64,000 nucleotides of DNA from Isurus oxyrinchus (lineage: Eukaryota), in the NCBI GenBank assembly GCA_026770705.1, contig JANJGN010000052.1:3472001-3536000 (forward strand), read 5' to 3'. This document shows, one piece after another, positions 11,710 to 24,321 of this stretch. Made by a program: the position numbers and the translations under genes. A model generated the notes under the pieces. That model was given only the letters and a program-made list of their open reading frames with translations. It was not told where the DNA came from and searched no databases. Within the stretch, counting starts at the first letter, position 1; every line of letters begins with the position of its first letter.

Positions 11710-13195
11710 ATTATTGATACTGAACAGGGTTTGATTATTGATTCTGAACGGGGTTTGATTATTGATACTGAACGGGGTGTGATTATTGATACTGAACGGG
11801 GTTTGATTATTGATACTGAACGGGGTTTGATTATTGATTCTGAAAGGGGTTTGATTATTGATTCTGAAAGGGGTTTGATTATGGATTCTGAACGGGGTTT
11901 GATTATTGATCCTGAACGGGGTTTGATTATGGATTCTGAAAGGGGTTTGATTATGGATTCTGAACGGGGTTTGATTATTGATCCTGAACGGGGTTTGATT
12001 ATGGATTCTGAAAGGGGTTTGATTATGGATTCTGAATGGGGTTTGATTATTGATTCTGAACGGGGTTTGATTATTGATTCTGAACGGGGTTTGATTATTG
12101 ATACTGAACGGGGTTTGATTATTGATTCTGAACGGCGTTTGATTATTGATACTGAACGGGGTTTGATTATTGATTCTGAACGGCGTTTGATTATTGATAC
12201 TGAACGGGGTTTGATTATTGATTCTGAACGGCGTTTGATTATTGATACTGAACGGGGTTTGATTATTGACATTGAACGGGGTTTGATTATTGATTCTAAA
12301 CGGTGTTTGATTATTGATTCTAAACGTTGTTTGATTATTGAACCTGAATGGAGTTTGATTATTGATTCTGAACTGGGGTTGAATATTGATACTGAACGGG
12401 GTTTGATTATTGATTCTAAACGGTGTTTGATTATTGAATCTGAATGGAGTTTGATTATTGATACTGAACAGTGTTTGATTATTGATTCTGAACAGTGTTT
12501 GATTATTGAACCTGAACGGAGTTTGATTATTAATTCTGAACAGTGTTTGATTATTGATTCTGAAAGGGGGTTGATTTTTGATACTGAACGGGGTTTGATT
12601 ATTAATTCTGAATGGGGTTTGATTATTGATACTGAATGATGCTTGATTATTGATTCTGAGCGGGCTTTGATTATTGATACTGAACGGGGTTTGATTATTG
12701 ATTCTGAACGGGGTTTGATTATTGATTCTGAACGGGGTTTGAGTATTGATACTGAACGGGGTTTGATTATTGATACTGAACGGAATTTGATTATTGATAC
12801 TGAATGGTGTTTGATTAATGATACTGAACGGGGTTTGATTATTGATTCTGAACGGGGTTTGATTATTGATACTGAACGGGGTTTGATTATTGATACTGAA
12901 CGGGGTTTGATTATTGATTCTGAATGGGGTTTGATTATTGATTCTGAATGGGGTTTGATTATTGATACTGAACGGGGTTTGATTATTGATTCTGAACGGG
13001 GTTTGATTATTGATACTGAACGGGGTGTGATTATTGATTATGAACGGGGTTTGATTATTGATACTGAACGGGGTTTGATTATTGATACTGAACGAGGTTT
13101 GATTATTGAAACTGAACGGGGTTTGATTATTGATACTGAACGGGGTTTGATTATTGATTCTGAACGGGGTTTGATTATTGATTCTGAACGGTGTT
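11710..13195. repeat. 24-bp minisatellite (TTGATTATTGAT[T/A]CTGAACGGGGT), ~60 copies, intronic
   Basis: Direct periodicity; explains the long repeat ORFs in the track. Confidence 0.95.
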
Positions 13196-13324
13196 GGGTG
13201 TGAGTTTGGTTGGGTTTGGGAGTGACTGTATAAAACATTGCAGATACAGGACTGGAGCAGCCATATCAATAACCAGGCTACTGGAGCAGCTGAGAGGCTG
13301 GGGATCCTGTGGTGTGTGACTCAC

Positions 13325-13429
13325 CTGATTCCTCAAAGCCCAACCACGCTCACAGTTTTCATAAACAGGACCTCGATATTCATCAACACGGTGGCTCGAT
13401 TTGATTCCTGCTTTCCCCTCGCCTCTCTT
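13325..13429 (-). CDS. Internal cytoplasmic exon KRGEGKAGIKSSHRVDEYRGPVYENCERGWALRNQ
   Basis: CTCTATTACAG acceptor, CAG|GTGAGT donor; 105 nt, phase 0-0, open; splices in frame to 11611. Confidence 0.7.
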
Positions 13430-13479
13430 CTGTAATAGAGATGGAAATGGACAAAGTGACAATCAACATGATGTGTATT

Positions 13480-13775
13480 CGGTGTTGGGTTTGATTACTG
13501 GGGAGAGAGTTCCAGATTTCCACTCCCCTTTGTGTGAAGAAGTGCTTCCTGACATCACCCCTGAACGGCCTGGCTCCAATCTGAAGTTCCAGCCCCCTTG
13601 TTCTGGACTCCACCCGACCTCCACCACCCACCCCCACCCGAGGGAATAGCTTCTCTCTATCGACCCTATCGAGTGTTTAATCAGTTTGAACCCCTCAATT
13701 AGATCACTCCTTAATCTTCTAGACCCGAGGGAATATAATCGTAGACTGTGTGTAACCTGTCTGCATAATTTAACC
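13480..13775 (-). mobile_element. CR1 LINE 3' fragment
   Basis: LRLYSLGSRRLRSDLIEGFK and RKHFFTQRGVEIWNSLP motifs. Confidence 0.8.
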
Positions 13776-13777
13776 AG

Positions 13778-14150
13778 AAAGATGTTCTGTACAACAGACT
13801 TGAGCCTCACACCCAGATCTCAATAATCAGTAGAAATCTTTCAAAGGCATCAATCATTGCAATCTGTCTTTATAAAGTCACAACATCAACAAAGGATGGT
13901 GTTGGTGGTGGAAGTGAATTCCAATCGTTCCGTTACTTACCCAGTACCTGTCCGACTGCTCGCCTGGGGAGGAACTGCCCACACGCTCTGCTTGGGCTGA
14001 ATGACCTCTTCCTGTGCTGCTCCCTCTGTGTATTTAATGAGAAAGGGTGGATGTGTCTCTGTGAGTCAAATCAGGAATTGGGGAACAATTGTGAAAACCG
14101 TTTCACTGAAACGTAGGGCCTTAGTGTTGTGTTGTAAGCAAACCGTTAAC
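13778..14150 (-). promoter_or_regulatory. Orphan promoter plus non-coding exon 1 cassette (donor after 13941); no leader follows
   Basis: Near-identical to 7375-7700; AP-1 TGAGTCA at 14062-14068; PU.1 site degraded to AAATCAGGAATTG. Confidence 0.65.
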
Positions 14151-14319
14151 CCTTTGTGTCCTGACTCTGTGACGTGATTCCTGTGTAAAGCTGAGCAGTT
14201 GGTGAGCGACTTTCAATTCACTGCTCAGTCCAGATGTTGAGGTGGATCTTCTGAAGGAGCAGATGTTGCTCAGTGCTCCTTAAAAATGTGAGAGACTGAA
14301 CAACGTGTAAGAGGATGAG

Positions 14320-14472
14320 AGAGAGAATGAGAAGGAGAGCATTAATGGAGATAGGAGAGAGAGTGAATGAGAGCGAGAATGAGAAGGAGAGCATTAGTGG
14401 AGATAAGAGAGAGAGTGAATGAGAGAGAAAATGAGAAGGAGAGCATTAGTGGAGATAAGAGAGAGTGAATGA
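14320..14472. repeat. ~52-bp purine-rich tandem repeat, about 3 copies
   Basis: GAATGAGAAGGAGAGCATTA(G/A)TGGAGATA repeated. Confidence 0.7.
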
Positions 14473-14781
14473 AACATGGAAAAAGGAAAGAGATTGCATT
14501 CACTAACAAAAGAAAGGTTTTCATTTATATAGCACCTTTCACATCCTCAGTAGGTCACAAGGTATCTTATGGTCCAGGTCAACACTGCCTGTTACAGGAC
14601 TGAGTTGTGAAACAGTGAGTGTTGGATGAGATGTTAAACAGTAGGTAAACATCAAAACTCTTCAGGGACTGCGAAGGGTTTTGGATTGTAAAAGGTGCTA
14701 TAGAAATGCAAGTTCTTTCTATAAGGAGAGAAGGTTGAAGAAAAAATGTTTGAAATCAACCAATTAAACCTTCACACTTAC

Positions 14782-14878
14782 TTTCTCACACACTTGAAGA
14801 TGAAGAATCCACTCAGTCCAACACTCAAACAGATTCCAGCTCCAAGCAATCCTGCTTTCCATTCATTGGAATCTCGCC
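14782..14878 (-). CDS. Unit B transmembrane exon (W)RDSNEWKAGLLGAGICLSVGLSGFFIFKCVRK
   Basis: TTTTACAG acceptor, AA|GTAAGT donor; 97 nt, phase 1-2; uncharged hydrophobic span; paralog at 32724-32820. Confidence 0.85.
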
Positions 14879-15039
14879 CTGTAAAATCAGCCAATGAATG
14901 ACTCCGGTACAGTTTGAGAATGGTTCCCTATGTACATGTAGTAATTCTGAACTTGTGAAGTGATATTGTCTATGCATGAAAGGTCTATACAAATAACATA
15001 TATCTATGTAATATTTATTGATAATATCCATGTACATGC

Positions 15040-16100
15040 AGGTTTCTATAAGGAGGATTCACATATAACAGAGGTGCCAAGCTGCTGAGGTGACACACAG
15101 GACGACATACACACCAAACAGCGGAAACAACATGCTATAGACAGAGCAAAGCGATCCCACAACCAACGGGTCAGATCTAAGCTCTGCAGTCCTGCCACAT
15201 CCAGTCATGAATGGTGATGGACAATTAAAGATCTAACAGGAGGAGGATGTTCCACAAATATCCCCATCCTTAACGATGGGGGAGCTCAGCACATCAGTGC
15301 AAACGACAAGGCTGAAGCATTGGCAACCATGTTCAGCCAGAAGTGCTGAGTGGATGCTCCATCTCGGCCTCCTCCAGAGGGTCCCAGCATCACAGATGTC
15401 AGCTTTCAGACAATTCAATTGACTCCACGTGACATCAGGAATCAGCTGATGATACTGGATACAGCAAAGGCTATTGGCCCTGGCAACAACCCGGCAACAG
15501 GAAATAATGTGGCTACAAGAGCGGGTAAGAGGCTGGGAACTCTGCGGTGAGTAATTCAACTCCTGACCCCCCAAAGCCTGTCCACCATCGGACAAGGCAC
15601 AAGTCAGGAGTGTGATGGAATAATCTCCAATTGCCTGAATAAGTGCAGCTCCAACAACACTCAAGAAGCTCGACACCATCCAGGAGCAGCTTGTTTGATC
15701 GACAGCCCATCCACCAGCATAAACATTCATACCCTCCACCACTGGCACACAATGGCCGCAGTGTGCACCATCTACAAAATGTGCTGCAGCAACTCACCAA
15801 GGCTCCTTCGACAGCACCTTCCAAACCCTTAACCTCTTCCACCAAGACAGTTCCAAGTCAGTGTGGTGTGTGACTTGGAGGCGAACTTGTGGTGTTGGTC
15901 TTCCATGAGATTTGGAAATATATCGGCCGTACCTTCACCGTCGCTGGGACAAAATCATGGAACTCCCTCCCTAACAGCACAGTGGGTGTACCTACACCAC
16001 ATGGACTGCAGTAGTTAAAGAAGGCAGCTCACCACCACCTTCTCAAGGGGCAGTTACAGATGGCCTTGTCAACAATGCCCATATCCCATGAGCTAATAAA
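15040..16100 (+). mobile_element. Degenerate non-LTR retrotransposon 3' fragment
   Basis: AAPTTLKKLDTIQ-type RT C-terminal motif; same family at 27500-28230 and 31745-32200. Confidence 0.75.
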
Positions 16101-16130
16101 AACAGAATGTTCAATTCTGTGTACACTCAC

Positions 16131-16412
16131 ATTCCACAGTGATGGTTATGAATCCCTCCACTGCTCCATGTTCATTCTCTGCCACACACTGATAGTCTCC
16201 AGTGTCCCTGGATGTAACGTGAGGAATCACCAACCACAGCTCATTGTTGGAACTTGTTCTGTTCATTGGGACATTAAGATGTCGCCACGTCAGGTTAGAA
16301 GCTGGGAAGCTCTCGACAGAGCAGATTATCACTGCAGAATTCCCCTCAATTATATTGATCGATGAAGCGTTAATCATATCAAGAGAAGTAATTGATGGGT
16401 TCCGTGGTGCAT
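16131..16412 (-). CDS. Unit B membrane-proximal Ig (C2/I-set) exon, copy 2
   Basis: 282 nt, phase 1-1, AG/GT present; APRNPSI...IICSVESFPASNLTW...DTGDYQCVAENEHG. Confidence 0.9.
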
Positions 16413-17488
16413 CTAAATACAAATAAAGGTTTCATTGTGAGCAAACACAGTGCACAGCAAGACTCCATGATACATCTCCCTCTATTTGGTGCCTATGTGC
16501 ATTTCAAGGTTTCTGTCCTGTTTTAAGTTCCTATGTCAACTTTTATAATGGTCACTGCTGGTGTTTTTCTTTTTGTACATTCATGGGAAGTGGATGTATC
16601 TATCTAGACCAGCATTTATTACCCATCCCTAATTGCCCTTGAGGAGGTGGTGGTGAGTTTTTCACCCCCACAGAATTCCCAGCCTCTGACCGGCTCCTGT
16701 AGCCACAGTATTTATGGCCGGTCCAGTTAGTAGTTTGGTTAACACCCCCCAGGATGTTGATTGTGGGGGATTCAGTGATAGTAAACTCACTGAACATCAA
16801 GGGGAGATGGTTAGATTCTCTCTTGTTGGAGATGATCACTGCCTGGTGCTTGTGTGGTGTGAACGTTACTTGTCATTTCTCAGTCCAAGCTGAGTGTTGT
16901 TCAGCTCTTGCTGCGTGTGGATATGTAAACTGTCACGCTGTAATTACAGCCTTCCACCAGAGGAGACACTGTCGGGCTAGGAGAAAAGAAAATGTCTTTC
17001 ACATCATCAGGATGTTCACAGGGATTTGACAGTGGAGGAATTGCTTTAGAATAATGGGGTATTGAGTGATAAACCTACAATTCTCTGTGCAGGGGGCTGC
17101 TCGTCCAATACAGGGTCTTGTTCAGCTGATGTCGTCAGTGTTTCAGAGCAGAATCTGGAGCAACACTCCAGTGCAGCACAGGGAGAACAGACAACTCACA
17201 CATGTCTGTGTGTGTGTGAGCAAGCACACGTGTGATTCTGTGTATGTTTCCTTCTGTGTGTGTGCATGCAGGTGTACACACCTGTGCACATGTGGGATTG
17301 CACATGAATGCTTGTTTGTGTGCNNNNNNNNNNNNNNNNNNNNNNNNNNNNNNNNNNNNNNNNNNNNNNNNNNNNNNNNNNNNNNNNNNNNNNNNNNNNN
17401 NNNNNNNNNNNNNNNNNNNNNNNNNNNNNNNNNNNNNNNNNNNNNNNNNNNNNNNNNNNNNNNNNNNNNNNNNNNNNNNNTAACTCAC

Positions 17489-17770
17489 ATTCCACAGTGA
17501 TGGTTATGAATCCCTCCACTGCTCCATGTTCATTCTCTGCCACACACAGATATTCTCCAGTATCCCTGGATGTAACGTGAGGAATCACCAACCACAGCTC
17601 ATTGTTGGAACTTGTTCTGTTCATTGGGACATTAAGATGTCGCCACGTCAGGTTAGAAGCTGGGAAGCTCTCGACAGAGCAGATTATCACTGCAGAATTC
17701 ACCTCAATTATATTGATCGATGAAGCGTTAATCACATCAAGAGAAGTAATTGAGAGATTCTGTGGTCCAT
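17489..17770 (-). CDS. Unit B Ig (C2/I-set) exon, copy 1
   Basis: 282 nt, phase 1-1; GPQNLSI...CSVESFPASNLTW...DTGEYLCVAENEHG. Confidence 0.9.
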
Positions 17771-17899
17771 CTAAAAACAAATAAACATCAATTAAGTTAC
17801 ACTGACTGTGAAGCACTTTGAAAGACACTGAGAATGTGAAAGGTTTGATATCAATATAGGTTCTTTCACCACAAAGCCCATAATCCAGCCAGACACCTC

Positions 17900-18495
17900 A
17901 GTTCAGTACTGAGGGTGTGCTGCACTGTGGGAGGGTCAGTACTGAGGGAGTGCTGCACTGTCAGAGGGTCAGTACTGAGGGAGTGCTGTACTGTCGGTGG
18001 GTAAGTACTGAGGGAGTGCTGCACTGTCAGAGAGTCAGTACTGAGGGAGTGCTGCACTGTCAGAGGTTCAGTACATAGGGACTGCTGCACTGTCTGATGG
18101 TCAGTACAGAGGGGTTGCTGCACTGTCGGAGGGTCAGAAATGAGGATGTGCTGCACTCTCAGAAGGTCAGTACTGAGTGGGTGCTGCACTGTCGAAGAGT
18201 CATTACTGAGGGGGTGCTGCACTGTGGGAGGGTCAGTACTGAGGGAGCACTGCACTGTTGAAGGGTCAGTACTGAGGGAGTGCTGCACTGTCGAAGGGTC
18301 AGTACTGAGGGAGTGCTGCACTGTTAGAGGGTCAGTACAGAGGGAGTGCTGCACTGTCAGAGGGTCAGTACTGAGGGAGCACTGCACTGTTGAAGGGTCA
18401 GTACTGAGGGAGTGCTGCACTGTCAAAGGGTCAGTACTGAGGGAGTGCTGCAGTGTTGGAGAGTCAGTATTCAAGGACTGCTGCAGTGTCAGAGG
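17900..18495. repeat. 33-bp Deu-SINE-like minisatellite in unit B intron
   Basis: About 18 copies of GTCAGTACTGAGGGAGTGCTGCACTGT... Confidence 0.85.
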
Positions 18496-18614
18496 CGGAT
18501 TTGTATCAGTTAAAGACTATTGATTTGTTGCTAAACACAATGCAGTTGTGGGATCTTGCAGTGTACTATGTAGAGCATTCTAGCTAATGTAGATGGAAGG
18601 GTGTCTGTTCTTAC

Positions 18615-18911
18615 CTTGCACAGTTAGTACGAGGGTCTTCTCCGATGAAACAGATGGATATCTCACTCTGCAGCTTAGAGTGTGTCCGTGGTGTTTGAGT
18701 GATGGGATCAGGGTCAGAACAGAAGTATAGGTCAGAGTGACACCATGATGAGTTACAGTGTTTGAGACTGATCCAGGTACGTCAGTGGGAATGTCCCAGG
18801 ATAAGACAGGTGCTGCTGTTCCACTGCACGTTGTGTTGAAGGTGCAGCTTACATCCACACGCTCTCCTGCATTAATTTCAGCAGGGAATATCGTGGGTTT
18901 ATCTGTGAAAT
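18615..18911 (-). CDS. Unit B Siglec domain-2 C2-set exon
   Basis: 297 nt, phase 1-1; DFTDKPTIFPAE...VSCTFNTTCSG...LSW...YTSVLTLIP...LSCRVRY; extra Cys fits the Siglec interdomain disulfide. Confidence 0.9.
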
Positions 18912-19941
18912 CTAACAGACAGAGAATGGATCCTTTTAGAGAAATATAACGTGAAGCATCAGTTCAAATAGAAACCACAGTCCCACAAGAGAAAGCACTT
19001 TTACAAGGATGATATCAGAACTGAGATGTTTTAACGATCCTGATAGACTGTTAGACACGATTCGAGAGATCGATGGGAGTGGAATACATTTAATCATTGA
19101 TATTAAAGTGAGTTTTAAATGTTGCTTTAGGACTGAACTGGAAGCTATCACCAGGTTATTGAGAATCAGACATTGTGTTATAATAAGCTGTGTTTTGTGT
19201 TAATATGTAAACGTCACAGTTTCACTTCATTGGCTGTGAATCAGTTTAGGATCGTCCTGAGGTGGTGAAAGGCGCTATGGAAATGTGAGACTTGCTTTTG
19301 TATTTTGAAAGCAGGTTTCCAAGGATGAGATGGGAACTGAGAGGTAACAACAATCAGCAGCAACTTTCCTATTTTCAAACTTGGTGGGGAATGTGTCACT
19401 GAGCTGAATACACTTTCACTCCCAGACCCTTGAATTGCCAACACTGGGGTGTGGGTGATGGAGCAGTCCACAGCTCATGGAACCCTGGCTCATCATTCTC
19501 TCAGAGATCTGGGTCACTGATCCCATTGCTCTCTGTGGGAGCTTCCTGTGAACAAACTCACTGCCACGTTAGACAGTGACTATACTTCAAGAATTTCTTC
19601 ATTGTCTGTGAAGTGATTTGGTACATGGTGAAAGGTGCTATAGAAATGCAAGTCTTTACTTTGTCAATTTGCCAGACTTTTAAATAGGGATTAGAGAGTT
19701 CTATGTGAGTGGATAACCTGATAACATTGATGGACACAGTCAACACATTTAATCATTGATATTAAAGTGAGTATTAGAGGTTGCTTTAGGACTGAACTGG
19801 AAGCTATCACCAGGTTGTTGAGAATCAGACAGTGTGTTATAATAAGCTGTGTTTTGTGTTAATATGTAAACGTCACAGTTTGTGTTATTTCCCACTGAGT
19901 GTTGAATGTGAATTGTTGAGTAATTATAACACAGCACTTAC

Positions 19942-20307
19942 CAGAAATGTGAAGCCGGGTTACAGGGTAATAGTTATAGCGCGGACCATTGTCAAATTCT
20001 ATTCTGAAAAAATAAGGTCCTGCATCTTCCCGTCTGATGTTGTTTATAATCAGGGAACAGTTGCCATCTTTCAGGTCTCCAGACAGCCGGGTCCGATGGC
20101 GGAACCGTGGTAACTCGTGACGGTGATCCTTGGAGTGAAAGGCTATGGACAATCTTCTCCGTTCCTCATTATTAAACCAGACTCCACCTCGTGGTTGGCT
20201 GTCCAAATGTGCTGGATAACTGTAATGACATGGAATCTGTACACACGAACCTTCCTGCGCTGTCACCTCTCGTGGAGTATCACCTTTCCACTCTTGTGAC
20301 AGTCCAA
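19942..20307 (-). CDS. Unit B V-set exon with essential Arg (YFFRIE)
   Basis: 366 nt, phase 1-1, open, canonical splice sites; Arg codon at 20003-20005. Confidence 0.92.
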
Positions 20308-21119
20308 CTGGGGAGAGAAAAATCAATATTTAACTCTGGATGTTTTTTCGATCCATAATTCTTGATATCCACTCCCTCCATCACTGGGGCACAGTGGCTG
20401 CAGTTTGGACCATCTACAGGACACACAAGTAACTCCCCAAGGTTTCACAATGGATCGATGAGAGTCCTGGACACAGGAGTGGACAAGTTCATTCTACCTT
20501 GGCTCCTGGTCCTCAGGACTCTATTTAGTTTTTTCAAATTATTCATTCATGGGATTTATTACCCATCCCATGTCCATCAGAGGCATTTAATAGTCAACCA
20601 CATTGCGGTGGGATTGGAGTGACATGTAGGGCACACTGGGTAAGGGTCGCAGATTTCCTTCCCTTATGGTGATCAGTGAACCAGGCTTTTTAATCCCATT
20701 CATCTGCCGTGATGGAATTCACACCCAGGGCCCCAGAGCATCACCCTTGGTCTCTGGAATACTAGCCCAGTGACAATACCTCTCTGCTACCGCTTCCCCT
20801 TAGTGAAGCCAGTCTTCTACCCAACACAGTGTCTACAAGACGCACTAATTGAGATCCATTCAGTGCTGATTTACAAGACAGGACAATGGATTAGGAGCCC
20901 TCAGAACTCCCCCCATTATCACCGTCATGAATCACTAATTAGCCTAACATTCTTGTCTGCTCTTCAACACAGCTGATTGAATCAGATTAGCCAATCTGAT
21001 TGGTGTTCATTCCCTCTTCAATGTTTAAGGAATCACCAATCACTCGGCCTCTAGTTATTCTCCTTCCCACAAGAGGGAACATTCTCTGTCTACCCAGTCA
21101 ATCAAAACATTTCATCTAA

Positions 21120-21650
21120 ACCTAGTGGTGCTTGAGTATATAGTCGGGAATCCAGGGCAATGGAGCCTCAGGAGAAGAGATGGAAACCCTGTGAGGTGGA
21201 ACGTCACTGAGGCCATCCGAGTTGAAGCGACTTTTGGAGAGAATTCCAAGGCAAGATCTTCGAAGTTGAAGATTGGAATCCCTCATGAGAGAAACAGAGT
21301 TTCAGTGAGATTGGTTGACTGACAGTGTTCACTGATGTCCGGGTGGGTTGTTGTGAAATCCATGGGCTCTATCTTGGTCGTGTTTACAATTTAATGAGTA
21401 ATGTGGCTGTGAGACCACAGTTTGCCTGTTAATTCACATGAGCTCATGTTAATCCAGAATGTTAGGGTATAAGGTGGATATTGTGAATTATTTTATCTTT
21501 CTGAACTGGGGCAGTCAAGTTTATTTTTGTTTGTTTAAAATCCATGGAATCTTGTAGCTTTATTCTCTTTGCAAGCGTCTTAAATCTCAAACCTCGTCTA
21601 CTTGAAACAAAATATTATTGGTTCCTAACTATAAGTTTTCAAAAAAATTG
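21120..21650. mobile_element. LTR-like fragment related to 3100-3600
   Basis: Shared GAGAATTCCAAG...TTTCAGTGAGATTGGTTG blocks. Confidence 0.45.
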
Positions 21651-22487
21651 GGTGCCTGTTCCTCCATCAGCAACTCTTCAGAATCCTGCTGAAGTCACGG
21701 ATATTTCAGAAGGACAGGGAACAAGAGGTTCCTGGTATCAGCGTTTTGTGTGGGGCCCAGTTCAGTTAGAACAAATAAACAACACCATCTTTGAAAGTCA
21801 TGAACCCACCACAGCGGCACCTCCGACACATGCAGAGCTCAGGCGAGAGGCGCTTTGTTAGTGTGTTTCACAGGGTCTGCTGGAGTAGGGTCAGTGCTGA
21901 GAGGGTCTGCTCAAGGATCATAACAACCTGCACTTGCACCTTCCAAGTAATAAGATTTTGTAAATGTATTCATTCATGGGATGTGGGCGTCGCTGCCAAG
22001 GCCAGCATTTGCTGCTCATCCCTAATGTCCCGTGACATAATCTCTGTAGCAGAGTAGAGACAATCATGATCACTCAGGATATTTGACATCTATCCACATG
22101 AGCAGCTTAGGCTTCCTTCTCTCTTTCAGTTATCTTACTCCCTTATTGAAGTTTCTAGCATGGTGAGAACTGGATGGTTTGCTCGGACATTTCAGAGGAA
22201 CCACGTTGCTATGAGTCTGGAGTCACATGTAGGCCAGACCAGATATAGACGGCAGATTTCCTTCCCTAAAGGCCATTAGTGAACCAGATGGGTGTGTATG
22301 ACAATCGATGATAGTTTCATGGTCTCCATTACTGAGACTAACTCCCATTAGTGTAAACAGAGTGAACAGTTTTCCATTGATCCCACCTTTCCCGTTCTCT
22401 CCGGTATTTTACACACTATTGCTCGATAATTTGATTCTGCCAAGGACCCCTTGGAAAATCATGGACCCCAGTTAGACAACCAATGGA

Positions 22488-22660
22488 ATAAGGAATCTCT
22501 TTGGATCCTCATTGTCTAAGGAATCTCTATGGATTCTCATTGTCTAAGGAATCTCTTTGGATCCTCATTGTCTAAGGAATCTCTATGGATTCTCATTGTC
22601 TAAGGAATCTCTTTGGATCCTCATTGTCTAAGGAATCTCTTTGGATCCTCATTGTCAAAG
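22488..22660. repeat. 28-bp tandem repeat (AAGGAATCTCT[T/A]TGGAT[C/T]CTCATTGTCT), about 6 copies
   Basis: Direct periodicity with two alternating variants. Confidence 0.85.
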
Positions 22661-23848
22661 GGATTATTTCTGATCCAAACCCCATATTGTTGTATTGTTG
22701 ATTCCGATGCAGCATTGTAGACTGACTTGTCCCCAAGATCAGCACTGACCCTACTCCAGCTGACACTGTGAAACACACTAATAAAGTGCCTCTAGCCTGA
22801 GCTCTGCATGTGTCGGAGGTGCCGCTGTGTTTGGTTCATGATTTTCAAAGATGGTGTTGTCATTTTTTTTGTTCCAACTGAACTGGGTCCCACATGAAGT
22901 GTTGATACCAAAAACCTTGTGTTCCCTGTCCTTCTGAAACATCTGTGATTCAGCAGGATTCTGAAGATTTGCTGATAAGGGTCTTAAACTGTCTGATTGT
23001 TGATTGATACAACACAGGAGGAGCTCATGTGACCCATCGTGCATGTGCTGACTCTTTCCCAATTCCTCTCCAACACCTTTCGCACATTCCTGCAAATTTC
23101 CCTTCAAGAATTTATCCAGTTCCCCTTCTGAAAGTTCCTGTTGAATCTGCTTCCACCGCTCTTTCAGGCAGTGAGGCAATGGTCTCTCTCTGAGCTGCAA
23201 AGTGCCCAGATTCCGTGAAATTTAAACTATGCAGCAGATCAGAGACACTCATGATAACTAAGAATATTTGACACCTTTACACACAGACAGCTTTGCCTTT
23301 CTTCTCTCTTTCAGTTATCTTGCTCCCTTATTGAAGTATCTAGCATGGTGAGAATGGACAGGAAGTGTGACACTGAACAGCCTGTCTATTCTAGGAGCTG
23401 CTGTGTTGTCTTCATGGGCAATTTTGAATAAAGGCAGCAAAGGATACAAATTTCAGGCCATTGCTATCAGAGACCTAACATTAGGATAGACTTCATCCCC
23501 CAGTTTTTATCCCTGCTTCTCTACTCAACCCATTACTCCCCATCGCTCACTGACCATCGTCCGACAGCACCTGAATTTCAAGATTCTGCTCTCGCTGCTA
23601 CAAACCTGCCTATCCCTGTAAACTCCTCCAGCCCCTACAACCCTTCAAGACCACTGGTCTCCACCAATTCTGCTGTCAGACAGGGAGTCAGTGTATATCA
23701 GTGAGCACAGGGCTGATGTTTGAATGGGACTTGGTGTGAGTTTGTACACTGGATCACTGCTGAATCAGTTCCCTATCAGAGCTCAATAAGAATGATCTTT
23801 AACAAAGACTATTAACCATAAGTCTGTCCGAGCTGACAATGGTATTAC

Positions 23849-23888
23849 CTTGGAGAAGTGACAGGAGGAAGTAAGATTTCCCGATCAT
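23849..23888 (-). CDS. Unit B leader exon, intact (spliced signal peptide MIGKSYFLLSLLQVGLS/QEW)
   Basis: ACAATG start, 40 nt, CAAG|GTAATA donor, phase 1 matching the V exon; acceptor at 23931-23932. Confidence 0.85.
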
Positions 23889-24321
23889 TGTCCACTCCCA
23901 GATATTTCCTCAGCTTCTAACTCTGAAGTTCTGAAAGAGAAAGGAGTTAATGAGACTTCACCTCTTGTCCGAATGCTCTTGAGAGATCAGAACTGCTTTT
24001 AGACAATATCTTCACAGACAAATTTGATTCTCTGTGGGATGATAGGTGCTCTGCAGAGAGTTACAAGGCTTTAAGAAAGAAAAACAATGAAGGACTTGCA
24101 TTTCTATAGCACCTTTCACCACCTCAGGACGTCCCCACGCTCATGTCCCTTGAGCTAGAAAGATGTTCTGTACAACAGACTTGAGCCTCACACCCAGATC
24201 TCAATAATCAGTAGAAATCTTTCAAAGGCATCAATCATTGGAATCTGTCTTTATAAAGTCACAACATCAACAAAGGACGGTGTTGGTGGTGGAAGTGAAT
24301 TCCAATCGTTCCGTTACTTAC

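Noticed and set aside
11667-13269. 520-aa, 302-aa and other long repeat ORFs (INNQTPFS / LIIDTERG)
   Set aside because: By-product of a 24-bp unit lacking stops in some frames; lies in an intron, no coding splice context.
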